64,000 nt of DNA from Octopus vulgaris (taxonomy: Eukaryota). Where the stretch lies: the NCBI GenBank assembly GCA_951406725.2, contig OX597815.1:29574001-29638000 (forward strand), given 5' to 3'. Each line of letters opens with the position of its first letter. The stretch's first letter is position 1. Shown in pieces: positions 50,543-64,000 of this stretch. The notes under the pieces were generated by a model. It was given only the letters and a program-made list of their open reading frames with translations, ran no database searches and had not been told where the DNA came from. A program made the translations under genes and the position numbers.

Positions 50543-50642
50543 GTGTATGCATGTGTGTATGTATGTATGTATGTATGTATGTATGTATGTATGTATGTAT
50601 GTATGTATGTATGTATGTATGTATGTATGTATGTATGTATGC

Positions 50643-50678
<36 letters not shown>

Positions 50679-50719
50679 ATGTATGTATGTATGTATGTAT
50701 GTATGTATGTATGTATGTA

Positions 50720-50752
<33 letters not shown>

Positions 50753-50806
50753 ATATGTGTGTGTGTGCGTGTGTATGTGTGTGTATGTGCTTGTGTGTGC
50801 GTGTGT
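50543..50806. repeat. (TATG)n/(TG)n microsatellite
   Basis: Direct inspection; (TCTA)n at 51317-51425 and (CT)n(TA)n at 51998-52080 nearby. Confidence 0.9.
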
Positions 50807-51316
50807 TTCCGTATTTTTATCTAAATGTCATTTTTGCATCATTTTCCTTATCGTCAGTCATCCAGCAACAGAGATGAGTTTCTTTGATGTCTTGATACAA
50901 TAAAGAACAAAGACAGACAGACAGACAGATAGACAGACACACACACACATTTGCATAGACAAGAGTGTAGATACCTGCTATGCTTAATATTGAATTATGT
51001 GATTAAGTCAAATGCAATTATCTTTCCATGCGAAAAATACATTCCTTTCCTGTTGAGAATTATTAGCCCTTACGTATGGATAACGTGGTCTATGATAACC
51101 AATAAAATAATGGCATCGCAATGTCATTACATAAAGCATGGTTTATGTTACGGACTATTTCTATTACAGACCAATGTGGCTGTCTTATTGATTGAACATT
51201 TGAGAAAGTCGAAGTAACAGCTACGTAAATATATTCATACTGTATACCATGTATTGTGTACTATTTTGCTTACTCATTAGAAATGATGTATATGCACGTA
51301 TGCATATATTTTATGG

Positions 51317-51416
<100 letters not shown>

Positions 51417-51995
51417 CATCTATCTTCCTTCAACGGGAAGGAAGAGCTATTTTCATCATACTTGTGGGTATGGCGAAAAAACGTATCTGGTGGACGCGTC
51501 TGAAAGGATTAGAAACAAACACTTTCCTTTCTGGTCAATCTCTCATCAATTTCTTCAAGTATCACTTGAAAAGGAAAGTGAGAATAGAGAGGCAAGTTTT
51601 GTCTAGCGAATGTTTCAAAAAAAGATGGGTGAATGTAGCAAGGATGGCACGTATGAATGACAAAGCCACCTTGAGCATAATCCTATGAACCTGGAAAAAT
51701 TTAAAACAGAGTTACTTACTTGCAAATAAATGTTTTAAAATGTGACATTAATGACCGAGGTTACCGTGGTCTTTTCCGTAGGCTTTTCTTTCCACGGAAA
51801 AACCTTATCTGCTTCCCCTTTATACCATGACATTTCTGTGATACACGATCCCTATTGATCGTTTTTATCTTTTCTTTTTCTTTTCTTTTTACGATCCCTT
51901 TTGATCGAAAACCTTTTTTTTCTCCCCAAAAAGAAAAGCTCTACTTCGTAATTTGTCCCGTCTGTGTCCAGCCCTGTGTGGCTAATAAAGAAACA

Positions 51996-52084
<89 letters not shown>

Positions 52085-52240
52085 TTTATCTAGTTTCAGC
52101 TCACGAGCTGTGGCCATATATATATATATAGGCATGTACGTTTGTGCGTATCTATGTGTGTGTATGTCTAATCCATGTAAGCATGAAAAGATGGAAGTTA
52201 AAATTCTGACAAAAGCAATGATGGTAATAATAATATAAGT

Positions 52241-52288
52241 ACGCACGCACGAACGCACGCACGCAGCACGCACGCACGCACGCACGCT

Positions 52289-52368
<80 letters not shown>

Positions 52369-52398
52369 CACACGCTCGCACGCACACACACACACACA
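52241..52398. repeat. (CGCA)n microsatellite
   Basis: Direct inspection. Confidence 0.9.
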
Positions 52399-53023
52399 TC
52401 TGTCTATCCGAATGTATGAAAATTGTAATTTCAATGTAATTCTGTATTAATTGTTGATTTAAATTGTATTTACAAATGTATCAGAATGTGTGTGTGTGTG
52501 TGTATGTATGTGTGTGTTTATACAATTTTGAAAAGAAATCTCTTACCATTAGTTTGTTATCCAGTTGTCGTTCCATACTTGCATTAAGCTCTCTGCTGTA
52601 AGACTCTATTTCTGATTTCATTGACTTTTCCAAAGCGTTCATCTCATTCTTATGTCTTTTGTCAAGTAAACTATGAAGTAAGATAGAAGTTGCTGCGCTA
52701 AAAAAAGAAAAAAAAAGTAGAGAATAGTTTCATTCATATTCTGTTTGTTCTTGTGGACAAATTGTGTTGTTTATAAATATATAATTCAGTTGGTCGTAAC
52801 ATGTTTAATGTGGAGAGCAGACAACACACAGCAGTCTAAGATGCATGAAAAATCTGGGTAGAACTTGAAATGCTAAGAAATGCTAAGAGGAAAGGCTAAA
52901 ATGAAAATGAAGCGGCTGGCCATCGATGCATGCAGCTGAGCCACTGTAATTGAGGATAGAAAAATTGGGGCGCTTACTTCATTTCTGACAATCCCAACAG
53001 GACTCACGACATTTTATGTTAAA

Positions 53024-53455
53024 AGGCGGCTAGTTGGCAGAAATGTTAGCACGCCGGGCGAAATGCGTAGCCGTATTTCGTCTGCCGTTACGTTCTGAGT
53101 TCAAATTCCGCTGAGGTCGACTTTGCCTTTCATCCTTTCGGGGTCGATTAAATAAGTACCAGTTACGCACTGGGGTCGATGTAATCGACTTAATCCGTTC
53201 GTCTGTCCTTGTTTGTCGTGTCTGTGTTTAGCCCCTTGTGGGTAATAAAGAAATAGATATTTCATCTGCTTTTACATTCTGATTTCAAATTTCGCTGTGG
53301 TCGAATTTACTTTTCATCCTTTCCGGGTCGATTAAATAAGTACCAGTTACGCACTGGCGTCGATGTAATCGACTTAATCCATTCGTCTGTCCTTGTTTGT
53401 CCTCTCTGTGTTTAGCCCCTTGTGGGTAGTAAAGAAATAGGTATTTCGTCTGTCT
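53024..53455 (+). mobile_element. Dimeric Nin/Deu-domain SINE
   Basis: Head plus two tandem body units and start of a third. Confidence 0.88.
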
Positions 53456-54197
53456 GTTACTGAAAATCTATTGTTGGAGTGTGTTCATAAGTTTCTATTA
53501 ATTGTTATATTTCTTGTTGTGCCTATTGTTGGCAACTTGGTATTCTCAGCAGTAGACTCTGTTTTTTCTTTTTCTGTTTGAAGAAGCTGCAAAGTATCAC
53601 TATTAATTGATTACTGCTTCTATTGATCGAAAAATGGATAAAAAGCAAAGCAAAGTTGGCCTTCATGAGATTTGAACTCTGTATACAATGGGTCTGGGAT
53701 TAAATACGGTAAGATATTTTACCTGATGTGCCAACAACATTTGAAAATATTTTAATTCTTAGTTTCCATGGTTATATATAAAGGTTTGTAACATTCATGC
53801 TTTTTCATAGGAAATGGTAGCGCAAGTATAATGAATCAGCTTAAAGCAAGAACATTTCTTTACTTTCATGATCACATGCACTCTTCATAGTCTAGTTCGT
53901 TAGAATTGATTTACTATTCTTACCGAACTCCTCTTTCTTTCTGTAATTCTTTAGAATTCTCTTCAGCCATTTTATCCTCCATTTGTCTTTTAATAAAATT
54001 CAAAAAGAAATATATTAATATGATTTAGAAAATATAAATGATTAAATATAAAGAAGTAAAAAAAGGAAAAGAAAATCGTAATAAAATTTTGAAGAATATA
54101 ATTTGGAAATATCGTCAAGGCTCTGAATTGTTGCTGTACAGAGATAGTAAGAGTTAATAAACGTTAGCCTGGATTTGTTGTTTTTATTATTGTTTAG

Positions 54198-54611
54198 AGA
54201 TCTTTTCGGTTTGAACGGCAGTTTTTTCTAGAGGTGTCTATGAAATTGTCACCCATAATTATGACCCTAGTATCGATCTATTGCATTTCAATCTGTTTTA
54301 GGGTTAGGGGTGTGGGAAGGGTATATTTTTTTCTTCAGAAATGTAAATAAACCCAATCTGTTTCTTAAACGAGGGACATATTCATACGGCACAGAATGTT
54401 TTTTTTTTTTACCTCAATAGACGTCAGTGATTGGTTGAAATTGCAGAAATTGAAGAAAAAAACAACAAATATCTTACAAATTATATAATTTTCTCAATAA
54501 AGCCAAGAGAAAAAGATGTTTTATAAACACATTCTACCAATATATGAAGTTTAAAATTTTTTATTTACCTAGAAATTATGTTAAAAACTGCCGGTCAAAC
54601 CGAAAAGATCC
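54198..54611. mobile_element. MITE with ~29 bp TIRs and 8 bp TSD (Merlin-like)
   Basis: ttgtttag|agatcttttcggtttgaacggcagttttt ... aaaaactgccggtcaaaccgaaaagatcc|ttgtttag. Confidence 0.85.
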
Positions 54612-56991
54612 TTGTTTAGTCCTAATACAGCTCAGATTAAGCAAGCTTATGACCAAAGACGTTCTAACAGTGACCTCCACATTTTTTCAGTGTACGTAGA
54701 CTTACATTTATATAATATGTACTTGCTTTTTATAAAGACAGTAATTTACCTACGATTTGATTTTTTGCTAGTAGGTAAAGCAACCAAATTGAAGCTCCAG
54801 CATGGACTTGTTTTATCGATGTTATTATTGTTGCTGCTATTGTTGTTGTTGAATTGTCTCCAGTGAGCAGTATTGACCAAATCTACGGCATGCGAATATC
54901 CTGTTTATCATTCAGAGTTATTTGGCATTCAGATCCATGTTAACAGATCTCATTTTCTTTTGATTGCTTATTCTACTTTCAGATACTTCATCGAGCAATA
55001 TGATAAGATCAAATCTTCTTAATTTTTATAGTCTCCAGCCACTGACTTATTAATAAGTCTTGTCCTATCTTACTATTCTTTTTCTTTTATCAATTACTTG
55101 GATAGTATCTGCTGTTCTGAACTTTACACAATTATCCCCCCACCCCTTTTTAGGTGAGTACTGTAGCAGTTTGTGGTCTGTAGTTAAAATAGTTGAATGA
55201 TCTATCTTGCAAAAAGTTTTATAGAGTAATCTCCCTTTAATAAGTTTCTCGAAACATCTATGTCAGGAGAAGTTATTCTTAATTATTCAAGAAGCTTCGC
55301 GTTTCTCTTGGAAGTTTCTAGAATGCGTAGCGTTCCATTAATAAAAACAGTTTGCTTGCCCTGCTCTTTGCTTCTTAATCGACTAGACTCTGAGCCATTC
55401 ACGTCGTTGAATAACTATGTCCGTCTATTTCTCTATGCCACATGACAGAAAACCACCACTTAGCTGTTATTTCTACATTTCTGAACTTTCATGCGTAGAT
55501 TACTTCATTCAACTAGATTCTACATTTTGATTATGTTTCATCGACAACCAAGGAATAAAAAATATTTTTATGTAGTAAATCTATAGTTCTTAATTTTTTT
55601 CTTCTTATTTGTAAGAATTCTTCTAATAATATACATGCAGCCATTTCAATATTTGATACTAAACATATGATTCACACTACAGTACTCTCTTCCTTTTCGT
55701 GTTCTCAACTATTCTTTCCATCCCAAAATGTCATGTTAAACTCTATTGTTCTCAGAGCTGTTTCTATTTGAATTTCTGTTGAGATGTGATCTACTAAACA
55801 AAAAGAGATCAACTTCAACATTCAATAAACATTAACTCATCTAATTACCCTGACGTCCTATGGAGGTGTAGCATCTACTTAAAGAAACCTTATTAACTTT
55901 GGCTGTATTTGAACACAGAATCATAAATTACCGTGTTACTCCTCTGGAGAAGGACTTTACATCATACATATTCTACCTATAAACATGAGTCTGGTCAAAC
56001 TTCGTAATTTATAAAATCTTTCTGTCAAGCTATTATCAAAGTGATAAGGACTTCTTACATGCACAATTTCATTACACAAAACATTAGATATTGATTTCAG
56101 CAATGATATAGTCATTATGTTTGCCTGCATGGAAGATAAACATCTCTCCTAATTGTAAGATTAAATAAATTAGATATAGACTGGAAATATCTGAAAAAAA
56201 TACTTGCTCCAGTGACTGATAAGCAAACTTTCACTCTTCAACACACTCTGTTTATTAGTTTACCACCAGGAGGTGTCTTTTCTCTTTGATCTTTAGATCA
56301 CTGCCGAAGCCTTTCCTATTGTACCTCAGTTATTGAAAGTCGCAATAAACACTGGTTAAAATTCATCATTAAAACTTCAGCACTCTGGGACAGCCTCAAT
56401 GCTAATATTTTCCTCAATATTATTGACCTTGAAGCAGTTTTAAATTTATGCAGCAACTATATCGATCTCACTTGTCTTAAAAGGCTTGGAAAGGCATTGC
56501 GTGCTACTGCCCATCTTTCTCAGACTAAATAATAAAGGTAATTCGAACTTTCCTTCAAGCTCTCGGATAAACATCGATTTAAATGAAACATCAACTGCAC
56601 TAACTGCAGTTACTCCATATAAATTGATCTGTTAAATTTTACAACTACAACTACTACAGATAAGAAACTTGAAAATTGGCTAGGAAAGTACACTGCACTA
56701 AGCACCTCCAGTTAGTTCCATCTGTCTATGAAGATTGTTCCTCTTGTTTCCTCATCTTTGACTAAATAATAAGTAGTCAACTATTGGAGCCTTTTGAGTC
56801 ATAAACGAGAGAAATCGTACATGGACATTAACCTGCTTGAAATAGCATCTAAATTTTTCTCCAGTTACGCCACACCTTCTTTAAAAATATAGTACTCGAT
56901 ATATCATGCTCTAAAAAAATCAGGATGGACGAAGGTAGAACGTCGTTGATCAAGGCTGGTTGGATCAAAGTGGACGATATAAACACAACTA

Positions 56992-57209
56992 AGGCGGCGA
57001 GCTGGCAGAACCGTTAGCACGCCGGGCGAAATGCGTAGCCGTATCTCGTCTGCCGTTACGTTCTGGGTTCAAATTCCGCCGAGGTCGACTTTGCCTTTCA
57101 TCCTTTCGGGGTCGATAAATTAAGTACCAGTTACGCACTGGGGTCGATGTAATCGACTTAATCCGTTTGTCCCCTCTATGTTTAGCCCCTTGTGGGTAAT
57201 AAAGAAACA
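56992..57209 (+). mobile_element. Nin/Deu-domain SINE with TSD
   Basis: gatataaacacaa on both sides. Confidence 0.9.
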
Positions 57210-57241
57210 GATATAAACACAAATAAATATTAAATTTAAAT

Positions 57242-57632
57242 GGATGGAAGCACTCCGTCGGTTACGACGATGAGGGTTCCGGTTGATCCGAATCAACGGA
57301 ACAGCCTGCTCGTGAAATTAACGCGTAAGTGGCTGAGCACTCCACAGACACGTGCACCCTTAACGTAGTTTTCGGGGATATTCAGCGTGACACAGAGAGT
57401 GACAAGGCCGGCCCCTTGAAATACAGGTACAACAGAAACAGGAAGTAAGAGTGAGAGAAAGTTGTGGTGAAAGAGTACAGCAGGGATCACCACCATCCCC
57501 TGCCAGAGCCTCGTGGAGCTTTTTAGGTGTTTTCGCTCAATAAACACTCACAACGCCCGGTCTGGGAATCGAAACCGCGATCCTATGACCGCGAGTCCGC
57601 TGCCCTAACCACTGGGCCATTGCGCCTCCACA
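57242..57632 (-). mobile_element. Full-length tRNA-derived SINE (distinct family) with TSD
   Basis: Head ggaggcgcaatggcccagtggttagg...gtttcgattccc; ttaaatttaaat on both sides. Confidence 0.85.
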
Positions 57633-58121
57633 AATTAAATTTAAATAGGAGGATATCCTAGAAAGAGGTTGTAAGAAAGCATTACTTCTTCTTATTATGT
57701 TTCTGTTGGATCTTCTCCTGCAGATGTTTTTCATTATGTTCTCTGGTTGCCTTATGTTTCTCCTCCAGCTGCATCAAATTGTTCTGATGTTGTTGCACCA
57801 GATGGTTCACGCGATTTTGTGGGGTTTGCTTGTTAATTACACGTTCTCCAAGTTTCTCCTGCACAACATGACAAATTTAGAGAGGAAAAGTAAGAAAATT
57901 GGTAGAAAACTGGATATCGAAAACTAAAATCATTCAGTTAACCAATACAGTGAAATCCGAATCCCTTTCTACACTTTCTCTATCTCTCTCTTTTCATTAT
58001 TCCTTTTTATACTCACTCATTTCTATTCATACTCAGCCAACATCTAATCCTGTACGAATCCGTTCGTATATCCTCTATTTATTCGACTTCCTTCTATCAT
58101 TTTCTTCCACTCTCTCTTTCA

Positions 58122-58157
<36 letters not shown>

Positions 58158-58693
58158 GTTGCTCTTGACATCTCACGTGCTTCTCCAATATCTTTGTTCC
58201 TTCACACTCGCAGCTGCTCTCAGTTCTTAACCTACACGCTTCCACGTCACACCAACACCACACATACCGCCAACCAATATCCTTTTCTATTCTAGGCACA
58301 AGGCCCGAAATTTTCGGGGACGAGACCTGTCAATTAGATCGACTCCAATACACAACTGGTACTTAATTTATCGACCCCGAAAGGATGAAAGGTAAAATCG
58401 ACCTCGGCGGAATTTGAACTCAGAACGTAAAGACAGACGAAGGAATATCACTATACTTCCACTACCACACTTGCACACCTCTTCGCACATAATATACCTC
58501 ACAAAAACACATACCTCACTCGCCTCTTTTGCTCACTTCCAGACAAAGGATACACTATTACATTTGCATCTTCGTACCTGCCTCTTCCTCTCTTCTTAGC
58601 TCCCTCGTCCATCAGCGTTCACACCTGGTTCTAAGCCTTCGCTATTTTCAGACTATTCGTGATGTTCATTCCCTTCATACCTCTCTCTTTCTT

Positions 58694-58729
58694 TCTTTTG
58701 ATGAAGGATCAAAATCCGAAATGTCAAGA
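58694..58729 (+). ncRNA. Decayed minimal hammerhead ribozyme
   Basis: UCUU UUGAUGA A GGAU caaa AUCC GAA AUGU C AAGA; two C-to-T changes from CUGAUGA/ACGU. Confidence 0.6.
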
Positions 58730-58813
58730 CATTCTCTTTCCATTAAAGCTTTAAGCTAAAACCTTATTCGTCAAACTTTGCATCTCGTGCGAGTTCTTTT
58801 TATTGCTCATTGC

Positions 58814-58888
<75 letters not shown>

Positions 58889-59434
58889 TGTGTGTTTGTT
58901 TGTTTGTGTGTAAATTTGAAGTGGGGAGATATAATGATTTTAATAATAAGTTTCCCACAGCTAGCTAGATTTGCTTAAGCAATTTAAAAGCACAAAATAT
59001 CCAGAAATACCACTAAATCGTCCTGACCCGAATGCAGTGGTAGAAATATAAGAGACAAAAATATATTAATAAAAAGTACTTTTTCATATAACTAGTCTAC
59101 AGAGCCGATGAAGAAGCCATTGATGGCATGAAAAATATATACATAAAGCTTACAAGAGAACTGATTCAAGTTCTGATATATGCAACCTCCCATTTGGGCA
59201 GCGGTAGAAAGAAAAGTATCACCACAACATTGTCAAAACACATTTTGTACATAAAGGACTGAGGTAGACAACTCAATAACCAAATAAAAGCCATACCGGT
59301 GTAAGTATACGCAGCCACCGCAACAATCACAACTTGTGTACAACCGAGAAGTTTAAGTTATTATTGCCTGTGTAATAATTATTTTGAACAAGTGGCAAAA
59401 AATATTTTTCTTGTTATCTTGTTATCATATATCT

Positions 59435-59815
59435 TTTACCTGTCACAGTCATTTGACTGCAACCATTGTTCAGCTCCCAATTTGGATAGTTTGGTCGAGA
59501 AAACTGACTCCAGTACTTATGTTTAAGTCTGGTACTTCTATCGTTATCTTAATCCGAACCGCTATGTTATGAGGATGTAAACAAACAAACACAGGCTGTC
59601 AAGCAGTGGGAGTACAAACACAAACACAAAGATATTCACTTTCTCTCTCTCCACCCTCTCTCTCTCACGTGTACACACACATGACAGGCTTCCACACAGT
59701 TTCCGTCTACCAAATTCTTTCACAAGGTATTGGTCAATCCAGGGCGATAGTCGAAGGTGCTGTGCGGTGGGATTGAACCCGAAACCACGTGGTTGCAAAA
59801 CAAGCTTCCCAACTG
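59435..59815 (-). mobile_element. Old CORE-like SINE
   Basis: cagtcatttgactgc...ttccgtctaccaaattc...gggattgaaccc. Confidence 0.7.
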
Positions 59816-60315
59816 CAAGAAGTTTCAATGTATAAACTTCCAAACACATTTTTTTTTTGTCCTGGATATATTCCATTAAGCAAATAAATAAACATGGGGA
59901 TCCTGGATCCGAAATAGTTATCTTGACGCTTAAATATACAGAACAGGACAAGAAAATGTTACTCAACTAAGTCATTTTATTTTATGTTATACTTCATCCT
60001 ATTTAAACCCTCCTCCTCTTCCCACTTTAAATTTACAGTTTGGTCATTCATACAGATTAATTTTCTGATATTTAATTCCTCTTTCCCTTTCATTGCTTCT
60101 GATTTCTGCCCCCACCGCTTTGCATTATTTGTATGTTTATATTTTGTGAAATTTTATGCTGTGTCATATTTTAATCTATGCACAAGATATATATATATAT
60201 ATAATTAAAATTAAAATGAGGGTGAAAAATTGGATATTAATTTGATTAACATAAATTTAAAACCAGTGGTCTAGCATATTAAAAACTGAAGGTTCAATAA
60301 ATTACTTTAATAAAA

Positions 60316-60417
<102 letters not shown>

Positions 60418-60513
60418 GAGGTAAGCGCATAAATGTGAAAAAAGGTGGAAAAAAGACTTCTCAAACACCAGAGGTAGAGTAATATGTTTTGTTAAAAGCA
60501 GCAGAAATATCAC

Positions 60514-60560
60514 AAAAACTGTTACTCAGAGTTTCACGTTCCCGTTCGTCGGACAGTTTT
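60514..60560 (-). ncRNA. Type I hammerhead-like motif, U4C core variant
   Basis: AAAACUGU CCGACGA ACG ggaa CGU GAA ACUC u GAGU A ACAGUUUU; all three stems pair. Confidence 0.65.
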
Positions 60561-60584
60561 GACGAACGGGAACATGAAACTCTT

Positions 60585-62014
60585 TTTGCAGCAAAATCTT
60601 GTTGTTATCAGTACTTGGCTAGTGCCATCTCAGATGGATGAGTCACTGTGGGATCCTTTTTGCGGTCGTTTGTCTGTTAGAAATAACAAATCAAACACCC
60701 CCATTTTAAAAAGGAAGGACACATAACATAATATGGTTTTATATATATATATAATTATATTACCTAGGTCAAGCAAAGCAATGTTGAATTTCACTTAAAT
60801 GTTCTTTTCATCGTTCCCATCTGTGTCCTTTGCAAGAAAAGAAAAAAAAACCCAACCCGAAAATCCTCGTACTTCACGTTGAGAATCTGGCCTCTTTCGC
60901 ATCAGTTGAATAAATTTGATACTCTCCAGCATTTATTGAGTACTTTTTCTCCTCTTCATTATCAGAAACGGCCTTTACACACACACACACACACAGATTG
61001 AAGGCATGTGACTTGAGTTTAGGCTAATATTCAAGTGTATCATAACAGTAGAATAGTGATTAAACCAGAGATAAAAAGACAGGCTTGGAGATTGGGGAAG
61101 AAGGACGTTGTACGGCGATATATGGTTGTAGTTGGTGCCAGGTTTACATGCCAGAAAGGATGCTTAAAACTGGAGACTTTCCAAAACTGAACGTCAAGAA
61201 GTCTAAAAGGATAAATCGTTTCAAAGTGTTAGACAGTGTAGTGTCAGTATATAAGTAGTCACTGGGGAGAAATTAGACCCGAAATGATATGATTTTGCTG
61301 CCTTTTTGTTGCGATGGCAAGGAGAGAAAACAGAAAAACAAACAAAATCATGCCAAGTAAACCAGGGCACTCAGAGTGTGTGCAACAATGGTTTGTATTA
61401 ATCTTGGGATTTACCAGTTGTTTAGTCTTAAGTAAAAGCTTATCGACCAAACTTGTATGTTTAAATGTATTCAAACTAATCATGCCACTTTTTAAAGGTT
61501 ATTTAAGACTATTATCAAATGAGTCCTCTCTTTTTGAATGTGTGTGTGATATGAATTTTATTTGATTGCTATTTCCTGCAGGTCGAACAACTAAGTAGGG
61601 GCTTTTTTCGTTGGCTCGTACTAGAATTAATGGATGTGTAATGGGGTAATTAAACTTAATGCTGATGTGTCTAGTATTTACTTCTCTAAAATTTCTAATG
61701 CTTTATTCATTTTAGTTTCTGAGACGCTATTAATTTGTAAGAGAAGTGTTATTATTCTAATTTCTTAAGGGAATTGGCCAGAAGAATGTAGCTGAGACCA
61801 TGCCGCTGTCAAGGCCCCTGGGGCCTGTGAGATCGACACTATTAACTTTCATCTTGAACATTTGTAGCAAAATCTTGTGGTTATCAGTACTTGGCTAGTA
61901 CAATCTCAGATGGATGAGTCACGGTGGGATCCTCTTCGCGGTCCTTTGTCTGTTAGAAATAACAAATCACACACTACCATTTTAAAAAGGAAGGACACAT
62001 AACATAATATGGTT
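60585..62014. repeat. ~150 bp direct repeat pair (60585-60738 and 61861-62014)
   Basis: gcaaaatcttgt(t/g)gttatcagtacttggctagt...ttttaaaaaggaaggacacataacataatatggtt in both. Confidence 0.9.
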
Positions 62015-63067
62015 ATAGATACACTATTAGAAAAAAATCCCTGTTCAATTATGACCGGCACGTTTTTGATGATAGGTTTTCTCTGTCAGGGTTGATCTAT
62101 AAAATCAACCCAGGTGGATAACAGGAAAAGCTGTCTCAGGCGAGATTTGAAGTGAGTATGCAAAGCAACATAACTAAATATTCCAGGGTATTCAGATACA
62201 TTTTACTGAGTCTGCCACTATACCATTAAACTCATCAAATATTTTATTAGTTTTGGAGAATGAACCTACCTGCAATTTTTGAAGTGTCTTGTCTTGTCTT
62301 TCAAGAAGAACATTTCGTCTGGCTTGACCAACCTGTTAAAAAAAATGGAATTAAATCTCAAATGTATTGCAATAATGCTTTTATATGGGAAAAAAGATAG
62401 CGCGGTCAAGTTCCAGCAGGCCGCATCTCTGATTAAGCTTCGATTTATAGTCGTAGCCTCTTCACATCATTTATACTGATAAACCAATGGTATTGAGAAA
62501 CATAAATGGAAGATATTATTTTCTGCAACACCTACAGAGTAAAGACCTCAAAGCCTGTGTATGTAATCATTACAACCATCTATGAATAATCGATTTTAAT
62601 ATGGTCAATTACTAAACTTAGTTCGATGACTCATCACAGATATATTTTTTCTCTCGTCTACTACTCTCTTTAATAAAGAGCAGCGGGTAGATTTGTCGAT
62701 ATAAATTATGAGCCGAATAATCGATGTGAAACTCTGTTAGAGACACTGAACAGTATCTAGAGATAAAAAGAATTTATAGATTGCGGGTTTAGTAAGTTTT
62801 TACATAATTCGCACCATCATGAAGACAAGCTGAAGCGTTATTGTGTAAGTAACGAGTCAATTCTTATTTTAATTTTGCTGTGTTAAGTTCTAGTCTCTAC
62901 GACGGGAAAAGCCTAGTAAAAGATGGGCTCTGCTAGATTTTGTTTATGCCAGGCAAAAATACAAAGCTTCAATGGTTTTCTAGCAGTCGATTTGTATATA
63001 GGAATCGTTGGTAAAAAACCATAAAAGAAGTGATATTTTTGTGATTTGTGTAAAGGTAAATCAGTGA

Positions 63068-63300
63068 AGGCGGTGAGCTGGCAGAATCGTTAGCACGCCG
63101 GGCGAAATGCTTAGCGGTATTTCGTTTGCCGCTGCGTTCTGAGTTCAAATTCCGCCGAGGTCGACTTTGCCTTTCATCCTTTCAGGGTTGATTAAATAAG
63201 TACCAGTTACGCATTGGGGTCGATATAATGGACTTAATCCGTTAGTCTGTCCTTGTTTGTCCTCTCTGTGTTTAGCCCCTTGTGGGTAGTAAAGAAATAA
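63068..63300 (+). mobile_element. Nin/Deu-domain SINE
   Basis: Near-consensus copy; ggtaaatcagt flanks both sides. Confidence 0.9.
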
Positions 63301-64000
63301 GTAAATCAGTTTTTGCATGGGAAAACGAACCCACAACTCTTGCAATAAGAGGACAACGCCTCATATACTAGCCATTGGTATTACTTCTAAATAGTGGTCA
63401 TTTTTGGTAACATATCTAATTAATGAAACATACAGTCTCTTGTTGTGGTGTCATTGGGAATTATAATGGGGTGAAGTTTTTGAAAGTATGAAACAAATGT
63501 TTATAGAGAAGGGAAACATGGAAGGCATGAAGGTCATTCATTTTCCTTGGCCAATAGCAATAGTCACGTAAAGAAGATGAAATATAAAGCGATTCGTGAT
63601 CAGAACTGATCCTCGAATAGAACGTACAAGAATCTATCTTTTACTTTACAGAGCTCACCTTTTCACACATACATTCCTTTCCATTTTTTGCCATAAGGCC
63701 AGCAAATTCGAAGAAAAGAAAAAAAGGATTACACCGACGCCAGTGCCCAATTGGTACTTATTTTATCGACGCCAAAAGGATAAAAGGCAAAGTCAAATTC
63801 GGTGGCATTTGAACTCAAGACGTAAGGAACCGGAAGAAATGGTTTCAAACATTTTGTTCAGCGCGATAACGATTCTGTCAGTTCATCTTTTCATAACTAT
63901 AATAATTTCGAACATAGGCAATTTTAATCGTTATAATTAGCTATACATTTCCCCAAAATGTTTGGGAAATGTATATGCATACACACACACACACACACAC

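Noticed and set aside
54880-56770. Possible ancient minus-strand LINE remnant
   Set aside because: Only faint, out-of-order RT-like words; could not reconstruct a frame by eye.
57560-57632. tRNA-like sequence (also at 198, 44523 and 49020-49080)
   Set aside because: A/B boxes run into repeat bodies without a complete cloverleaf; these are SINE heads, not tRNA genes.
59105-59140. atgaagaagccattgatggcatgaaa, possible hammerhead relic
   Set aside because: Only a 4 bp stem II is present; core and stems I/III are not recoverable.

Overview
AT-rich eukaryotic genomic DNA. The SINE/RTE repeat repertoire and microsatellite load resemble octopus (coleoid cephalopod) genomes; this is recognition from memory, not a database result. 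Bases 1297-32559 (+) hold 21 coding exons of a cytosolic Xaa-Pro aminopeptidase (XPNPEP1-type, peptidase M24B). They splice in frame to 578 aa plus stop with all five metal ligands intact. The N-terminal exon(s) lie upstream of the window, and one intron uses a GC donor. Introns and the intergenic remainder are filled with tRNA-derived SINEs (Nin/Deu-, Meta- and CORE-like), more than a dozen RTE-LINE 3' tails, decayed mariner/Tc1 transposons, piggyBac-, hAT-, pogo- and Merlin-like MITEs, and microsatellites. The most unusual signal is a set of minimal type I hammerhead-ribozyme motifs in the intergenic half (48841-48886, 60514-60560, 58694-58729, and a decayed one at 42780-42811 downstream of a Penelope GIY-YIG remnant). 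The intact one sits in a short element with a Pol III tRNA-like head and an inverted 5' end, suggesting a tRNA-headed, self-cleaving retroelement possibly mobilised by Penelope. Nearly all supplied ORFs are repeat artefacts.
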